Of a stretch of DNA of 64,000 bases, positions 18,926 through 29,231 are shown one piece after another. The stretch's first letter is position 1. Each line of letters begins with the position of its first letter. Location: positions 1,147 through 65,146 of the forward strand of contig CAZKRR010000001.1 in the NCBI GenBank assembly GCA_964555135.1, given 5' to 3'. The notes under the pieces are model-generated. The model ran no database searches, had not been told where the DNA came from, and saw only the letters and a program-made list of their open reading frames with translations. The DNA comes from an uncultured Nitrososphaeria archaeon (lineage in GTDB: Archaea > Thermoproteota > Nitrososphaeria_A > Caldarchaeales > Wolframiiraptoraceae). The position numbers were made by a program, and so were the translations under genes.

Positions 18926-19882
18926 TCATCTTCTAGGTCTCCTCTTCAGCTTAGCTTCATCAAGTTTTCTAGTAGTAGAATCTATCTTTTTATGTCCTTT
19001 GGTAGACTTGAGATTTTTTCTTTCTGATTCAGGTTCAACATGTATCATCAAGTTTATATCTGGGAGTTCTTGTCTTATCTCTTCCTCTAGATGATCTGCA
19101 ATATCATGTGCTTCTTTTACAGTCATCTTATCGTCAACTACTAAATGTAGTTCTGAGAATATCATGTTCCCACTTCTACGAGTTTTAAGTTCATGATATT
19201 CTGAAAAGAGGAATCTATGACTTTCAAGTATCTCACGTATCTTCTTATCGGCTTCTCTAGATGCCGGATCCATTAGATAGTTTGACGATTTTATAATTAA
19301 GTCGAGCCCCATCTTCGCAATAAATGCAGCTATACTTATTGCAAGAAGCGAATCAATAAATATGTATCCTGTAAAATATATTATTGCGAGCCCTACCCAA
19401 ATAGCTATAGAAGATAAAACATCTGAGAAGAGGTGTTTAGCATCTCCTTCAAAAGCAGGCGAGTTTTTAATCTTCGACTCTTTTAAGAGTTTATATGCGA
19501 TCCCAGAATTTATTCCAGCAGCTACTACAGATACTATGATTGCGATATCAAGTAAATGCAATTCAACTGGATTGAAGAACCTACTGACAGCTGTATAGAT
19601 TAGAAATATCGAGACCATTACTATGAGTATCCCCTCAATTAATCTAGATATTTCTTCAATCTTCTGATGACCATATTGGTGGCTTTCATCGGGAGGTTTT
19701 CCAGAGACATATATTGAAAAAAGCATTATAGTAGAAGCCAAGATGTTTATTACAGATTCGAGAGCATCAGACAGTAAAGCAAGAGAATTTGAGATAAGAA
19801 ACGAGACAAACTTTATACTGAAGACTAGTAGCCCGCCTAAAACAGCAACTACACCGACTGTAATCTTTTTCACTCTTCTCAA
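18926..19882 (-). CDS. cation diffusion facilitator (CDF) family metal transporter
   Basis: Six predicted TM helices, HxxxD-like metal sites and a C-terminal cytoplasmic domain (HLVVDDKMTVKEAHDIADHLEEEI) typical of CDF. Confidence 0.7.
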   Translation of the reverse strand: MRRVKKITVGVVAVLGGLLVFSIKFVSFLISNSLALLSDALESVINILASTIMLFSIYVSGKPPDESHQYGHQKIEEISRLIEGILIVMVSIFLIYTAVSRFFNPVELHLLDIAIIVSVVAAGINSGIAYKLLKESKIKNSPAFEGDAKHLFSDVLSSIAIWVGLAIIYFTGYIFIDSLLAISIAAFIAKMGLDLIIKSSNYLMDPASREADKKIREILESHRFLFSEYHELKTRRSGNMIFSELHLVVDDKMTVKEAHDIADHLEEEIRQELPDINLMIHVEPESERKNLKSTKGHKKIDSTTRKLDEAKLKRRPRR

Positions 19883-20062
19883 ATATCAAGGAAAAGAAAC
19901 CTTCTCTTAAGGATTTATAATATTAAACTGGATGTTATATTTTAAAGATGAATCTTGAGAAAAGTATTTGATACATTATCAAAATAAAGGTCTGAACAAA
20001 GGTCGTAGAATGGCCACAGCGTTAACTACTCAGTTTTAAGTATATTGGGAAGATCAATAAGT

Positions 20063-21676
20063 ATGAATGATAAAATTGTAAATAGAAGTAATATGCCTCA
20101 TGAGGAGAAGATCACATATGTATCAATGTTATTTGATGAAGAAACTCATGTTAAATACGAGAGAGCATTAAGAGAAGTCGAGACTAAATATCTTGGGAAA
20201 CATTATCCAATGTATATTGCAGGCAGGGAAGTATTCTCAGAGTATGGAGAATTTGAAGATAGAAGCCCGATAGATGTATCTATTGTAATCGGATATTTTC
20301 AGAAGGGAGCTAGAGAACATGTTAAAGAAGCAATCGATAGAGCATATGAGAGTTTTCCTAGATGGGATAGCCATAATTGGAGGGAAAGAGTTAAGATAAT
20401 GCAGAATGCATCCAAGCTAATTAATGAGAGAAAATATGAGATAGCCGCCATCATAACTTATGAAGTTGGTAAGAATAGGATAGAAGCTCTTGCAGAATGC
20501 TATGAGGCTACCGATGCCTTAAGATATTATGCAAGAGTTATGGAGGAGAATAATGGATATGAGAAAGAGCTTGGTCCCGGTAGTCCAGGAGAAAAATGTA
20601 GAATGATCTGTAAACCTTATGGTGTATGGGTTGTAGTTTCACCTTTTAATTTTCCATTCATGCTTGCTAACGGAATGATCCAGGGAGCACTATTAACTGG
20701 TAATACCGTTGTCTTTAAACCTACAAGTGAGGCACCCTTGACAGGACTATTACTATATAGACTCTTTATAGATGCTGGAGTACCAGTAGGTGTATTGAAT
20801 TATGTGACTGGACCCGGGGATGTTTTTGAAGAAGAGATAGTCACAAACGAGAAGGTTGCAGGGATCGCTTTTACTGGTTCCAGAGATGTGGGAATGCGGT
20901 TGTACAGAAGATTTACTTCTTCTCAACCCTACCCTAAACCGATAATATTAGAGATGGGTAGTAAGAATCCAGTAATAGTTACGAGCAAAGCAGATGTGGA
21001 GAAAGCTGTTCAAGGAGTCATTAGGGCAGCATTTGGGTATAGTGGGCAGAAATGTTCAGCTACGTCAAGAGTGTATGTTCAGAGAGATACTGCAGAGAAA
21101 TTCGTCAAGAGATTAATCAAAGAAACTAGGAAGATAAAAGTAGGAGATCCACGTAAACGTGATGTCTTCATGGGGCCTGTCATAAATAGGAGGGCTTTGG
21201 AGAGTTTCATCTATTATGTAGATATAGCTAAGAGGGATGGTGGAATCATACTTTATGGGGGTCAAGTGTTGAGAGATGGAGAGTTCGCTAAAGGATTCTA
21301 CGTTGAGCCAACGATAATAACTGGTTTAGATCGAGACCATGAATTATTCAGGAAAGAATTGTTTGTTCCTATATTGCTAGTAGATACGTTTGACAATCTC
21401 GAAGAAGCATTAAGAGAAGCAAATAAAACTGATTACGGTCTCACAGCTGGAATATTCTCTGAAGATCCCCAAGAGATAGAATACTTCTTGAAAAATATTG
21501 AATTCGGCGTTACCTACGTGAATAGAAGAGGTGGCGCAACAACTGGAGCATGGCCAGGCGCTCAAACCTTCGTTGGCTGGAAAGCAAGTGGAGCTACGGG
21601 TAAAGGAGTTGGTGGACCAAATTATCTGCTGAGTTTTATGAGAGAGCAGAGTATAACAATAGTTCAAGAAAGTTGA
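20063..21676 (+). CDS. aldehyde dehydrogenase (NAD(P)+)
   Basis: Catalytic-cysteine segment GQKCSATSR, FTGSRDVG and ELGGKSP-like LEMGSKNP. Start set at ATG 20063 (track TTG 20045). Confidence 0.75.
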   Translation: MNDKIVNRSNMPHEEKITYVSMLFDEETHVKYERALREVETKYLGKHYPMYIAGREVFSEYGEFEDRSPIDVSIVIGYFQKGAREHVKEAIDRAYESFPRWDSHNWRERVKIMQNASKLINERKYEIAAIITYEVGKNRIEALAECYEATDALRYYARVMEENNGYEKELGPGSPGEKCRMICKPYGVWVVVSPFNFPFMLANGMIQGALLTGNTVVFKPTSEAPLTGLLLYRLFIDAGVPVGVLNYVTGPGDVFEEEIVTNEKVAGIAFTGSRDVGMRLYRRFTSSQPYPKPIILEMGSKNPVIVTSKADVEKAVQGVIRAAFGYSGQKCSATSRVYVQRDTAEKFVKRLIKETRKIKVGDPRKRDVFMGPVINRRALESFIYYVDIAKRDGGIILYGGQVLRDGEFAKGFYVEPTIITGLDRDHELFRKELFVPILLVDTFDNLEEALREANKTDYGLTAGIFSEDPQEIEYFLKNIEFGVTYVNRRGGATTGAWPGAQTFVGWKASGATGKGVGGPNYLLSFMREQSITIVQES

Positions 21677-21763
21677 ATAACAGCTTAAGATAGGATTATA
21701 AAACGTGGTATGGTCAGAAATTATGTATAGTGATTGGCTTATCAGGGATAGCGGTCTTGGTGC

Positions 21764-22312
21764 ATGAATAGTCCTAGACGGATAATAAATTTATGGCTTG
21801 GAAATACAATCGAAGTTGCAGGTATTATCGTAGGCTTTATACTATTATATTCTTTAAATTTCTTAACTCACAGCCTACTTAGATTCTTAGTCCTAATTAT
21901 CTCATGGATGTGTTTCTGGTATTTCCCCCACTGTCTAGCCCACTTTATTGTGGGAAGGATTCTCGGGATAAGGTTTATGTACTACTTTGCAGGTAGGTCT
22001 AGTCTCATAAAAATGAGGTTACCTTTAGTTACATCTATACTAAGTGTTGTCCCAGCTTTGGGTATAAAGATTGATAAACACTCTACACTGAATATATCTA
22101 GAAATCGGATAGCTGTTATGTATGCCTCGGGAGTTTCAGCATCTATGTTATGTCCACTCATACCTTTCATATATTCATTAATCTATCTAGATTATATCAT
22201 TACATTATTCATTGGAGTTATAACCTTTGGGAACATAATCTTCACAATATACTTTAGCTTTAAGGTGGGAGACTTCTCCAAAGCAGTAAAAGCTTTACAT
22301 CAAACTAGATAA
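21764..22312 (+). CDS. hypothetical polytopic membrane protein
   Basis: At least four hydrophobic helices; no recognised motif. Confidence 0.4.
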   Translation: MNSPRRIINLWLGNTIEVAGIIVGFILLYSLNFLTHSLLRFLVLIISWMCFWYFPHCLAHFIVGRILGIRFMYYFAGRSSLIKMRLPLVTSILSVVPALGIKIDKHSTLNISRNRIAVMYASGVSASMLCPLIPFIYSLIYLDYIITLFIGVITFGNIIFTIYFSFKVGDFSKAVKALHQTR

Positions 22313-22315
22313 TTT

Positions 22316-23130
22316 TATCGCTGCTTTAATACATGACTAAATACTAGGAACATAATTAGCGAGGTTGCCGTCCATGATATGAATGCTATCGGTCCCAGGC
22401 CTGCTAATTCTCTGGGCAGTGTTGTTGTTAATATCGTTAATCCCCATATAGCATTAATTGCTCCATGAAGAGATGCTTGAAGAACTCCTTGTAATAATAG
22501 AGTGAGGTATAGAGGCTGAAATCATGAAAAGTGTGAATAACAGTATCCCTATCAATCTATTTTCTGGATAATTATGTCCTAGAAGTATTATTGCGGGAGC
22601 ATGCCGTACACCCCATACTAGTCCGACCATTAGAGAAGCTTTAACAAAGCTCAAACCAAGAGATTCAAACCTCCGTTGTAGGAATCCTCTCCACCCTATC
22701 TCTTCACCTATAGCATACAATGCATTTATCGATATTGATGCAATATAAGCATTGATGAATGTAAGCAGTAGAGAGATCGGTACATTGATTGAAGTAGCTT
22801 GAATTGTCTCTTCAATATGATCAAATGTGAATACTCCTATAGAGCAGGTTATCATATGTAGAACAAAAATGCTAGAAATGTTATAAACGGAGCAACAAAA
22901 TATAAATAAATCACGCGTCTGCTAACTTTCAGTGAACTCTTTATTGGATTCAATCCACCAATGATGTATGTTGCCACCGTAGGAGTATACATCCTAAGGA
23001 CCCCCCAAGCCAGTACTGTTAAACTATCTAAAACTCTTAGATTTATATAGAAAAGATAATCAATAAAGAACGCTAGAATAATAGCACTCAAAGAGAAAAG
23101 AATTATATCTCTTAAGCTTGCTTTACGCAA
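22316..23130 (-). pseudogene. CPBP (CAAX/Abi-type) intramembrane metalloprotease gene interrupted by two frameshifts
   Basis: Three frames carry successive CPBP motifs. N-terminal TM part (22852..23130) ends in a stop after FLFYI inside a T5 run. The middle part has motif 1 EEIGWRGF and WGVRH. From about 22500 a third frame reads LHGAINAIWG (motif 3 HxxxN) and runs to a stop near 22316. Confidence 0.5.
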
Positions 23131-23294
23131 ATTATTTCACTGCTAACTTTCTTCCCCTACAATAAGAATATATGCTACCTAGAATAGGGTAAGATGCAAA
23201 CTGACAACTTATGCTGTGCCTTTATTAGACTTGGTTAAAAATATTCTTTTTAACTACCTATTAACTGAAGTTTAGTAGAGTAAGGTGGGAGACA

Positions 23295-23495
23295 ATGGAG
23301 ATCGAGTGGGCTAAGCTAATACCTAAGCCTAGATCGTCTTTTCTACTAGTCCAATGCAATGAATGTGGCCATAGGCAGGTAGTCTTCGACCATGCAAAAA
23401 CTGAAGTTCCATGCCAAGTATGTGGATCAATACTTACGAAACCAACAGGTGGTAAAGCACAGATCCTAGGAAAGGTGCTTGAACGTTATGGCTGA
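23295..23495 (+). CDS. rps27e: 30S ribosomal protein S27e
   Basis: 66 aa with a C4 zinc finger CNECGHRQVV...CQVCGSIL. Confidence 0.8.
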   Translation: MEIEWAKLIPKPRSSFLLVQCNECGHRQVVFDHAKTEVPCQVCGSILTKPTGGKAQILGKVLERYG

Positions 23496-24279
23496 ATTTA
23501 TTGAGAAAGAATCACCTTCATCAGGAGAAGTAGTTGTAGGAGTAGTAAAAGAGATAGAGAGATTTGGAGCATACATAGAGTTGATAGATTATCCAGGATG
23601 GGAAGGATTCGTCCATATTTCTGAGATCTCTCTTAAATGGGTAAGGAACATAAGAGACTATTTGAGAGAAGGTCAAAAAGAAGTCTTTAAAATACTGAGA
23701 ACAAACCCTCACTTACGTCAAGTTGATCTTTCATTAAGAAGAGTTGAGAAGACTGAGAGAGACCAGAAGATACTGGAATTGAAGAGAAAACAAAAAGTCC
23801 AACGTGTTTTAAATCTTTTATCTGAAAAAACAGGTATCAGTAAAGATGAAATAAAGAAGATGATCATCGAGCCTACTCAACAAAGAGGGTTAGAACTCTA
23901 TGATGTATTATTAGAAATAATTGAGAATGAGTCTATGCCTGAATGGCTTAAGCTTGAAGATAGTCTCTTCAATAAGTTGGTGGAGTTGGTAAAACAGGAG
24001 ATTAAAATGAAGAAAGTATCTTTAAAGAAGGACCTAATACTAACATGTAAAAGGGGGGATGGAGTTGAATATATTCGTGAAGCTATTGAAGAAGGCTTAA
24101 AAATGGCTCGAAAAGGCGAGACTGTAAACATAACAACTAAGGGCTCCCCTAGATACCTACTGAGAGTTGAAGCAGATACTGAAGAAAGAGTAAGACAACT
24201 ACTTCGAGAAGTAGCAGACAAATGTATTAGCGTTATCAAGGAATTCGGTGGAGAAGGAGAATTGGTGGAAGAATCTTGA
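23488..24279 (+). CDS. eif2a: translation initiation factor 2 alpha subunit (aIF2alpha)
   Basis: S1 domain GEVVVGVVKEIERFGAYIELIDYPGWEGFVHISEIS, then helical and alpha-beta domains; about 263 aa. Start set at ATG 23488 (track TTG 23479). Confidence 0.8.
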   Translation: MAEFIEKESPSSGEVVVGVVKEIERFGAYIELIDYPGWEGFVHISEISLKWVRNIRDYLREGQKEVFKILRTNPHLRQVDLSLRRVEKTERDQKILELKRKQKVQRVLNLLSEKTGISKDEIKKMIIEPTQQRGLELYDVLLEIIENESMPEWLKLEDSLFNKLVELVKQEIKMKKVSLKKDLILTCKRGDGVEYIREAIEEGLKMARKGETVNITTKGSPRYLLRVEADTEERVRQLLREVADKCISVIKEFGGEGELVEES

Positions 24280-24446
24280 AGTCACTCTTAAACAAGTGTC
24301 TAAAATGTGGAAGATACACTCTGAGGAAAGATTTCTGCCCCCATTGTGGTGGAAAAGTAGCTTCAGCTCACTCCATTAATATATCATTGGAAAGTAGGCA
24401 TCTTGAGCTTATTCTCGTAGCTAGAAGAAAGAGATTTAATAAGTGA
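24276..24446 (+). CDS. nop10: H/ACA ribonucleoprotein subunit Nop10 (56 aa); below the ORF-track size cut-off
   Basis: Translating from TTG 24276 gives MKSLLNKCLKCGRYTLRKDFCPHCGGKVASAHSINISLESRHLELILVARRKRFNK, with a Nop10 zinc ribbon (CxxC...CxxC) and a basic tail. S27e-aIF2alpha-Nop10 order is conserved in archaea. Start overlaps the aIF2alpha stop by 4 nt. Confidence 0.6.
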   Translation: MKSLLNKCLKCGRYTLRKDFCPHCGGKVASAHSINISLESRHLELILVARRKRFNK

Positions 24447-24559
24447 AGAGTCAAAACGTAACTATTTACAATCTTTCCTGCAAGGTTTTCTACAAGTTCT
24501 TCAACCTCATCCCATGAAACTTTAAGATACTTTGATTCTCCAACCCTATAAATATCCAT

Positions 24560-25700
24560 ACAAATAATACACTAGACTAAAATAAATAAAATCTATGGAG
24601 GGACCGGCTTAGTAGCCTCAGACACCAAAAAATGCTTACCAGTCCTCGATTCAAACCTTTTGGGGCTCACCAAGAACTAAATATAGTAACATATGATGTG
24701 GGCTTGTCGTATACTAGCATTCCAGCTAATCCTGTTAACCCATTAATACCATCTCTATCCAATCCTAGACTATCAACTATATAAATAAACCTTGGAATGA
24801 TATTGACGACTTTATCAACGATCTCCCTCCTAGAACACTCAACCATCTTTTCCAACACCCTTATATTGCCTCCAATATTAGCATTAGATGCTAGTTTGCC
24901 GAACTCTCTGAAGATTTCTGTATAGTACCTCTTCTATCATGAACAGTGGCCCCATCTCGACATCAACAACCGTTAAAGGCTAAAAGTACCTATGAGTGTT
25001 ACTCTTGGTTAGTGATAGCTCATAGACTTTCCATAAAAGACATGCATCTTCTTTATCATCTTTTGATACCCTGCCTACTTCGGTTTTTCTCTGAATATTT
25101 CTTTCTTAATCTCTTTCCACTTCCATGGACGGGTGAAATAGTAGGCTCTCCTACCATTACTGATTACTTCTTTAAGCTGTTGCTACATATTTGGAAATAT
25201 TGATGAGTCAAGATATATCTCATCGTAGCCTTTGAGTTCTGTGAGGCTATTGACTTCAAAGAAAACATCCTCCTCTAGATCATAGCATACATGCTTCTTT
25301 GAGTCTCTATGCTTCTTAGGACTCCATCTAGTATTAACAAAGACCCCTCCAATCATCTATAGCATCCCATTCTACTTCTCCACTACATTCATTGCAGAAT
25401 TTTGCTAGGTCTCTAGCTAGCTGCGTGAAGCTCTCCTCATATTAGCATCCCTTAGATGTCCGAAAGTTACAACATCTACTGCATCACTATCTACATCAAT
25501 CAATACTAAGACTTCTCCAAACATGATATAGGTATACATCTACGTAGATATATTCGTTACACCGATACCTGAAAATGAAGCATACCAACTATTAGATAGA
25601 CTAGTATCGGCGTTGAAGAACCCTTGAGCATAACCATAGTTTAATATGTTTTTATGAAGATTGTAGTCAGACACGTCTAGATGAATATCCTGGGAGAGCT
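24560..25700 (-). pseudogene. degenerate gene remnant (multiple stops and frameshifts), identity unknown
   Basis: Minus-strand translation gives protein-like stretches (FGEVLVLIDVDSDAVDVVTFGHLRDANMRRASRS; KFCNECSGEVEWDAIDDW; VNTRWSPKKHRDSKKHVCYDLEEDVFFEVNSLTELKGYDEIYLDS; then the 63-aa ORF 24667..24858). These are scattered over three frames with many stops. Confidence 0.25.
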
Positions 25701-26002
25701 TGTAGACGAGGTTAAGGAAGAATCTGTAAAGATGTCTGATGTAAAATCTTCAAAGTCCTCCTAGATGCAATTACCGTATCTTGAAGGGTGTGAAGAAGCA
25801 TATTCTTCATCTTGACTTGGAGCAAAGAACTAGAACGCTCTACAATAATATAAGTACATGGAAGATTAAATCGGTAGAAGACCATATATCAATATATACC
25901 GACTAAGTAGCAATTAAAAAGTTAATTCGCAATAATAAAAACTCATGAAGGACCATGCCTTGTTTACGGGATATTTAATAGTAGGGATAAATCTTTAGTA
26001 GG

Positions 26003-26812
26003 ATGAGAAGGATGGTTGGGCAGACTAATAGATGGAAGTTTAAAGAGCTTGAAGATGCAAAGATAATTTTAAATGATGAAGGAGAGAAAGCAGATCTGAG
26101 AGGGTCAAGCCTCCTTGAATCATCTCCTAGCCCAGGTGCAGCAGGATACATAGCTTTAACACATTTAATCGAATTTCTCCATCCAGTTAAGATAGGCGAG
26201 ATAAAGTCCCCACACTTCCCTCAAGTGAGTATAGTTAATGATGAGGGATTAGCGAGTCAACCAAAAATAGAATTATACTTCTATGATAAAGATGTTAAGC
26301 TTGTTATAATGTTGAGGAACTTCCCAATAGAGAGTAGTGAAGGGAGCTATCTAGTTGCAAAGAAACTTTATGAATTCTTTAAAGCTAGAGGTATTAAAGC
26401 ATACTATCTACTATCAAGCTCGAGAATCTTCGGTGAATCCAACGTATATATTGCCTCAACAAGCATGGGTAGCGCTAAAAGCCTAGTCGAGGCAGGAGCT
26501 AAACTCTCCCCAAACCTAGACACATTGCCAATAGATAGGTTTGGAGCATATATGCTTTCATTCTTTGCAAGGAGCGGTGACCTGACATTCCTCCTAGTAT
26601 CTGAAGTCTACTCATATCTGCCCGACCCAGCTGCTGCAAAACGTTTACTAGAAGTGATGTCTAAAGCATTAAAGTTTAAGATCGATATGGAGAAGCTGGA
26701 TATAGAGATTCAGAAGCAGAAGAAGCTTATTGAAGAATTCCAGAAAGGATTTGGACAGATACTCCCAGAAAAAGCAGAACAGCCTAGTAGAGAACCATAC
26801 TACATAGGATAA
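26003..26812 (+). CDS. PAC2-family (proteasome assembly chaperone-like) protein, tentative
   Basis: N-terminal Rossmann-like core GAAGYIALTHLIEFL...SPHFPQVSIVNDEG. C-terminal coiled-coil tail KIDMEKLDIEIQKQKKLIEEFQK is typical of archaeal PAC2 homologues. Confidence 0.45.
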   Translation: MRRMVGQTNRWKFKELEDAKIILNDEGEKADLRGSSLLESSPSPGAAGYIALTHLIEFLHPVKIGEIKSPHFPQVSIVNDEGLASQPKIELYFYDKDVKLVIMLRNFPIESSEGSYLVAKKLYEFFKARGIKAYYLLSSSRIFGESNVYIASTSMGSAKSLVEAGAKLSPNLDTLPIDRFGAYMLSFFARSGDLTFLLVSEVYSYLPDPAAAKRLLEVMSKALKFKIDMEKLDIEIQKQKKLIEEFQKGFGQILPEKAEQPSREPYYIG

Positions 26813-26843
26813 TATTCATCCATTTTCTCTCCTTTAAAACACG

Positions 26844-28928
26844 TCAATCTATTATTTCATATATGTAGACGTATGCATAGCTAGAATATGGCTCGGATGA
26901 TTGATAGACTAATCTAAAGTGATTCAGGGTTGAGGGTTGATAAACATGTCCTGTAACACCAGTAGAGATTTGTTGTGGTTTGTATGGTATTAGCTTGCCT
27001 AGTAGCGTATCCTGCCAGAATTTCTCGGTCGGTCTTCCATTCTCATCTAAGTATTCAGATTCTGTAAAATTGTATCCAACTTGTTTCGCAATCCTAAGCA
27101 TCCAGATCCATTTAGCTTCATCTCCATACCCGAGTAACATTGGGGCATTCCCACTAGCTGTAGTATAGACTGTATGTGTTATGAAGATTAAGACATGGGT
27201 AGCTTTGAGCTTCTTGAATACAGTGTAAGCTGTTTCTTCATCAGACATAAATGCATAAGCTACTTCACCTATCTGAGTAGTGTTCAATGTTGCATTATCA
27301 ACTATACTAGTATGGTTTCCTAATACAGTTATCCAGTATCCATAATCCCACCATGAGGCAACTACAGCATTGGGTGGAAGATTATCCCTCATCCAGCTGA
27401 GAGTTTTAAGCCAGTCTGGAACACTTGACCTAATCGGCATGCTAGAAGATACAACAGTTGGCGGACTGTATCCAACATCTATAGGAGATATTGAGTATCT
27501 AATACCATAAGTAGATGGAACGAGACTGAATATTAGTAAGCCGCAAATAAGGGCTGGTGTTACAATATAATATTCTACACCTATCGGTCTTACTCTTTCT
27601 TTTCTGTGATAAGTTATACTAATATTTCTTGCAAGTCCTCTCAAGATTTCTGATAAACCAAACCCTGCAATAATGGTTATCGCAGGAGCAGCAAGGATAG
27701 TTAGTCTCACCATTGTAGAAGCAAAATAAACAACGAGTACAGTTAACAGTATCATGAATACGTCAGTATCTTCTCTCCTCTTAACTAGATAATATAGCCC
27801 AGCTGGAACTAAGAATAATTTAAACCCAGCATCAGAGAATAGCGTTGCCCAAGTAGATACTTGGTTTTCAGCAACAGATATTACTATTGGGAGTACAGAT
27901 CTTAAGGATGGAACAACAGTGCTGAGGAATTTTAATCCAGGGAGTCCAAGGCTGCCAATCGAGAGTAATGAAATAAATCCAACTACACTTGTAATTAATA
28001 CATAATGTGGAAGATTAATAAATCTCCGAGGCTTAATTCTGGATAACTCAAAAGATAATAGATAGATGAAGACAAAGATGGAGATAACCATTGTCGCTTC
28101 TTTTAGAAAACCTATGCCGAGCTTTGGAACCATTACAGCTATTAATCCATATAGGAGAGCAGTAATAGAGTACGCAACTAAAAGTTTTCTTCTGTATCTA
28201 CCCATGAAAGCCAGTACTGCAGTAAATATGGGTATGAAGGCTATTGGAAATCTAGAAGCTCCCCACGTTGCTGTGACATACCCTAGTGAGAACCCAGCTA
28301 CTATCGAGTATATTGTTAGAGTCTTCCATGTCCTATCTTTCTTGGTCGCTAGAATATATGATAGGAATCCAAGCATCATAAACGGTATACTTACACTCTC
28401 ATCATCAAACCATCCAAGATGCGTTCTCTGAATACTTGCAGTACTCAAAGCTATTAAGAATGCGGTTATGAAGCCTGCAGGCTTTCCTCCAACTTCTCTA
28501 CCGAGAAAGAATGCGATTAATGTTGTAATAACGCCCATTATAGTAGGCAAGAAGACAGCTAACTCGAGTGGGTCAATGTTAAACCCTATACCATGTAGTA
28601 GATGGTATATGAATGCGGCTAGGAATGGCACTCCTGGAAAAGCTGTTCGCCCAACATCTCTACCATAAGGATACCATGAATCGTAATCATGCCACGTAAA
28701 GAAATCCATGAAGCCTGACCAACCTTTATCAACAATATACTTCATCTCCTTATACTGCATCCATGGATCGAACTCGCTTAGGTAGAGCCCCCATCTTAGA
28801 GGTAGGAGTCTAATAAAGAATGCTATAGTAAGTATTAGAAGCAAGATCATGATTTCAAAGAAGATTATCCTATCAGAGAAGACTCCTCTGACAAGGTTTA
28901 CGAATTTACTTTTCTTTATCCTCTCCAT
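26844..28928 (-). CDS. aglB: archaeal oligosaccharyltransferase AglB (STT3 family)
   Basis: 13-TM N-terminal domain with DPWMQYKEMKYIVDKGW (DxD-like region) and the diagnostic WWDYGYWI (WWDYG) catalytic motif in the C-terminal soluble domain. Confidence 0.85.
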   Translation of the reverse strand: MERIKKSKFVNLVRGVFSDRIIFFEIMILLLILTIAFFIRLLPLRWGLYLSEFDPWMQYKEMKYIVDKGWSGFMDFFTWHDYDSWYPYGRDVGRTAFPGVPFLAAFIYHLLHGIGFNIDPLELAVFLPTIMGVITTLIAFFLGREVGGKPAGFITAFLIALSTASIQRTHLGWFDDESVSIPFMMLGFLSYILATKKDRTWKTLTIYSIVAGFSLGYVTATWGASRFPIAFIPIFTAVLAFMGRYRRKLLVAYSITALLYGLIAVMVPKLGIGFLKEATMVISIFVFIYLLSFELSRIKPRRFINLPHYVLITSVVGFISLLSIGSLGLPGLKFLSTVVPSLRSVLPIVISVAENQVSTWATLFSDAGFKLFLVPAGLYYLVKRREDTDVFMILLTVLVVYFASTMVRLTILAAPAITIIAGFGLSEILRGLARNISITYHRKERVRPIGVEYYIVTPALICGLLIFSLVPSTYGIRYSISPIDVGYSPPTVVSSSMPIRSSVPDWLKTLSWMRDNLPPNAVVASWWDYGYWITVLGNHTSIVDNATLNTTQIGEVAYAFMSDEETAYTVFKKLKATHVLIFITHTVYTTASGNAPMLLGYGDEAKWIWMLRIAKQVGYNFTESEYLDENGRPTEKFWQDTLLGKLIPYKPQQISTGVTGHVYQPSTLNHFRLVYQSSEPYSSYAYVYIYEIID

Positions 28929-29231
28929 TCTAGAACGATCTTATTGATGATCTATTTAAAATTTCTTATACCTTGACAACTGAAGGATTTATCTAGCACT
29001 TATCCTCCATACATGCTAAGTGATCAGACTTAAGGATCTGGGAAGATGATGAAAGATTAACCATTCGATAAACAAACTTTCAAAATTTCTCAAAAAACAG
29101 TTTTGAGACCGTCTAGTAAAAGCATCAATCTAATTTCCAGAGTTATTCATCTCGTTATCTCTTGATGGCTCTGCCTTGTAGGTAAAGTGTCAAGAGAGCT
29201 AGACAGAATAATAAAGCTAAGAAAATATATG

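Noticed and set aside
24368-24559. 63-aa minus-strand ORF listed in the track
   Set aside because: Overlaps the better-supported plus-strand Nop10 gene; no motif.
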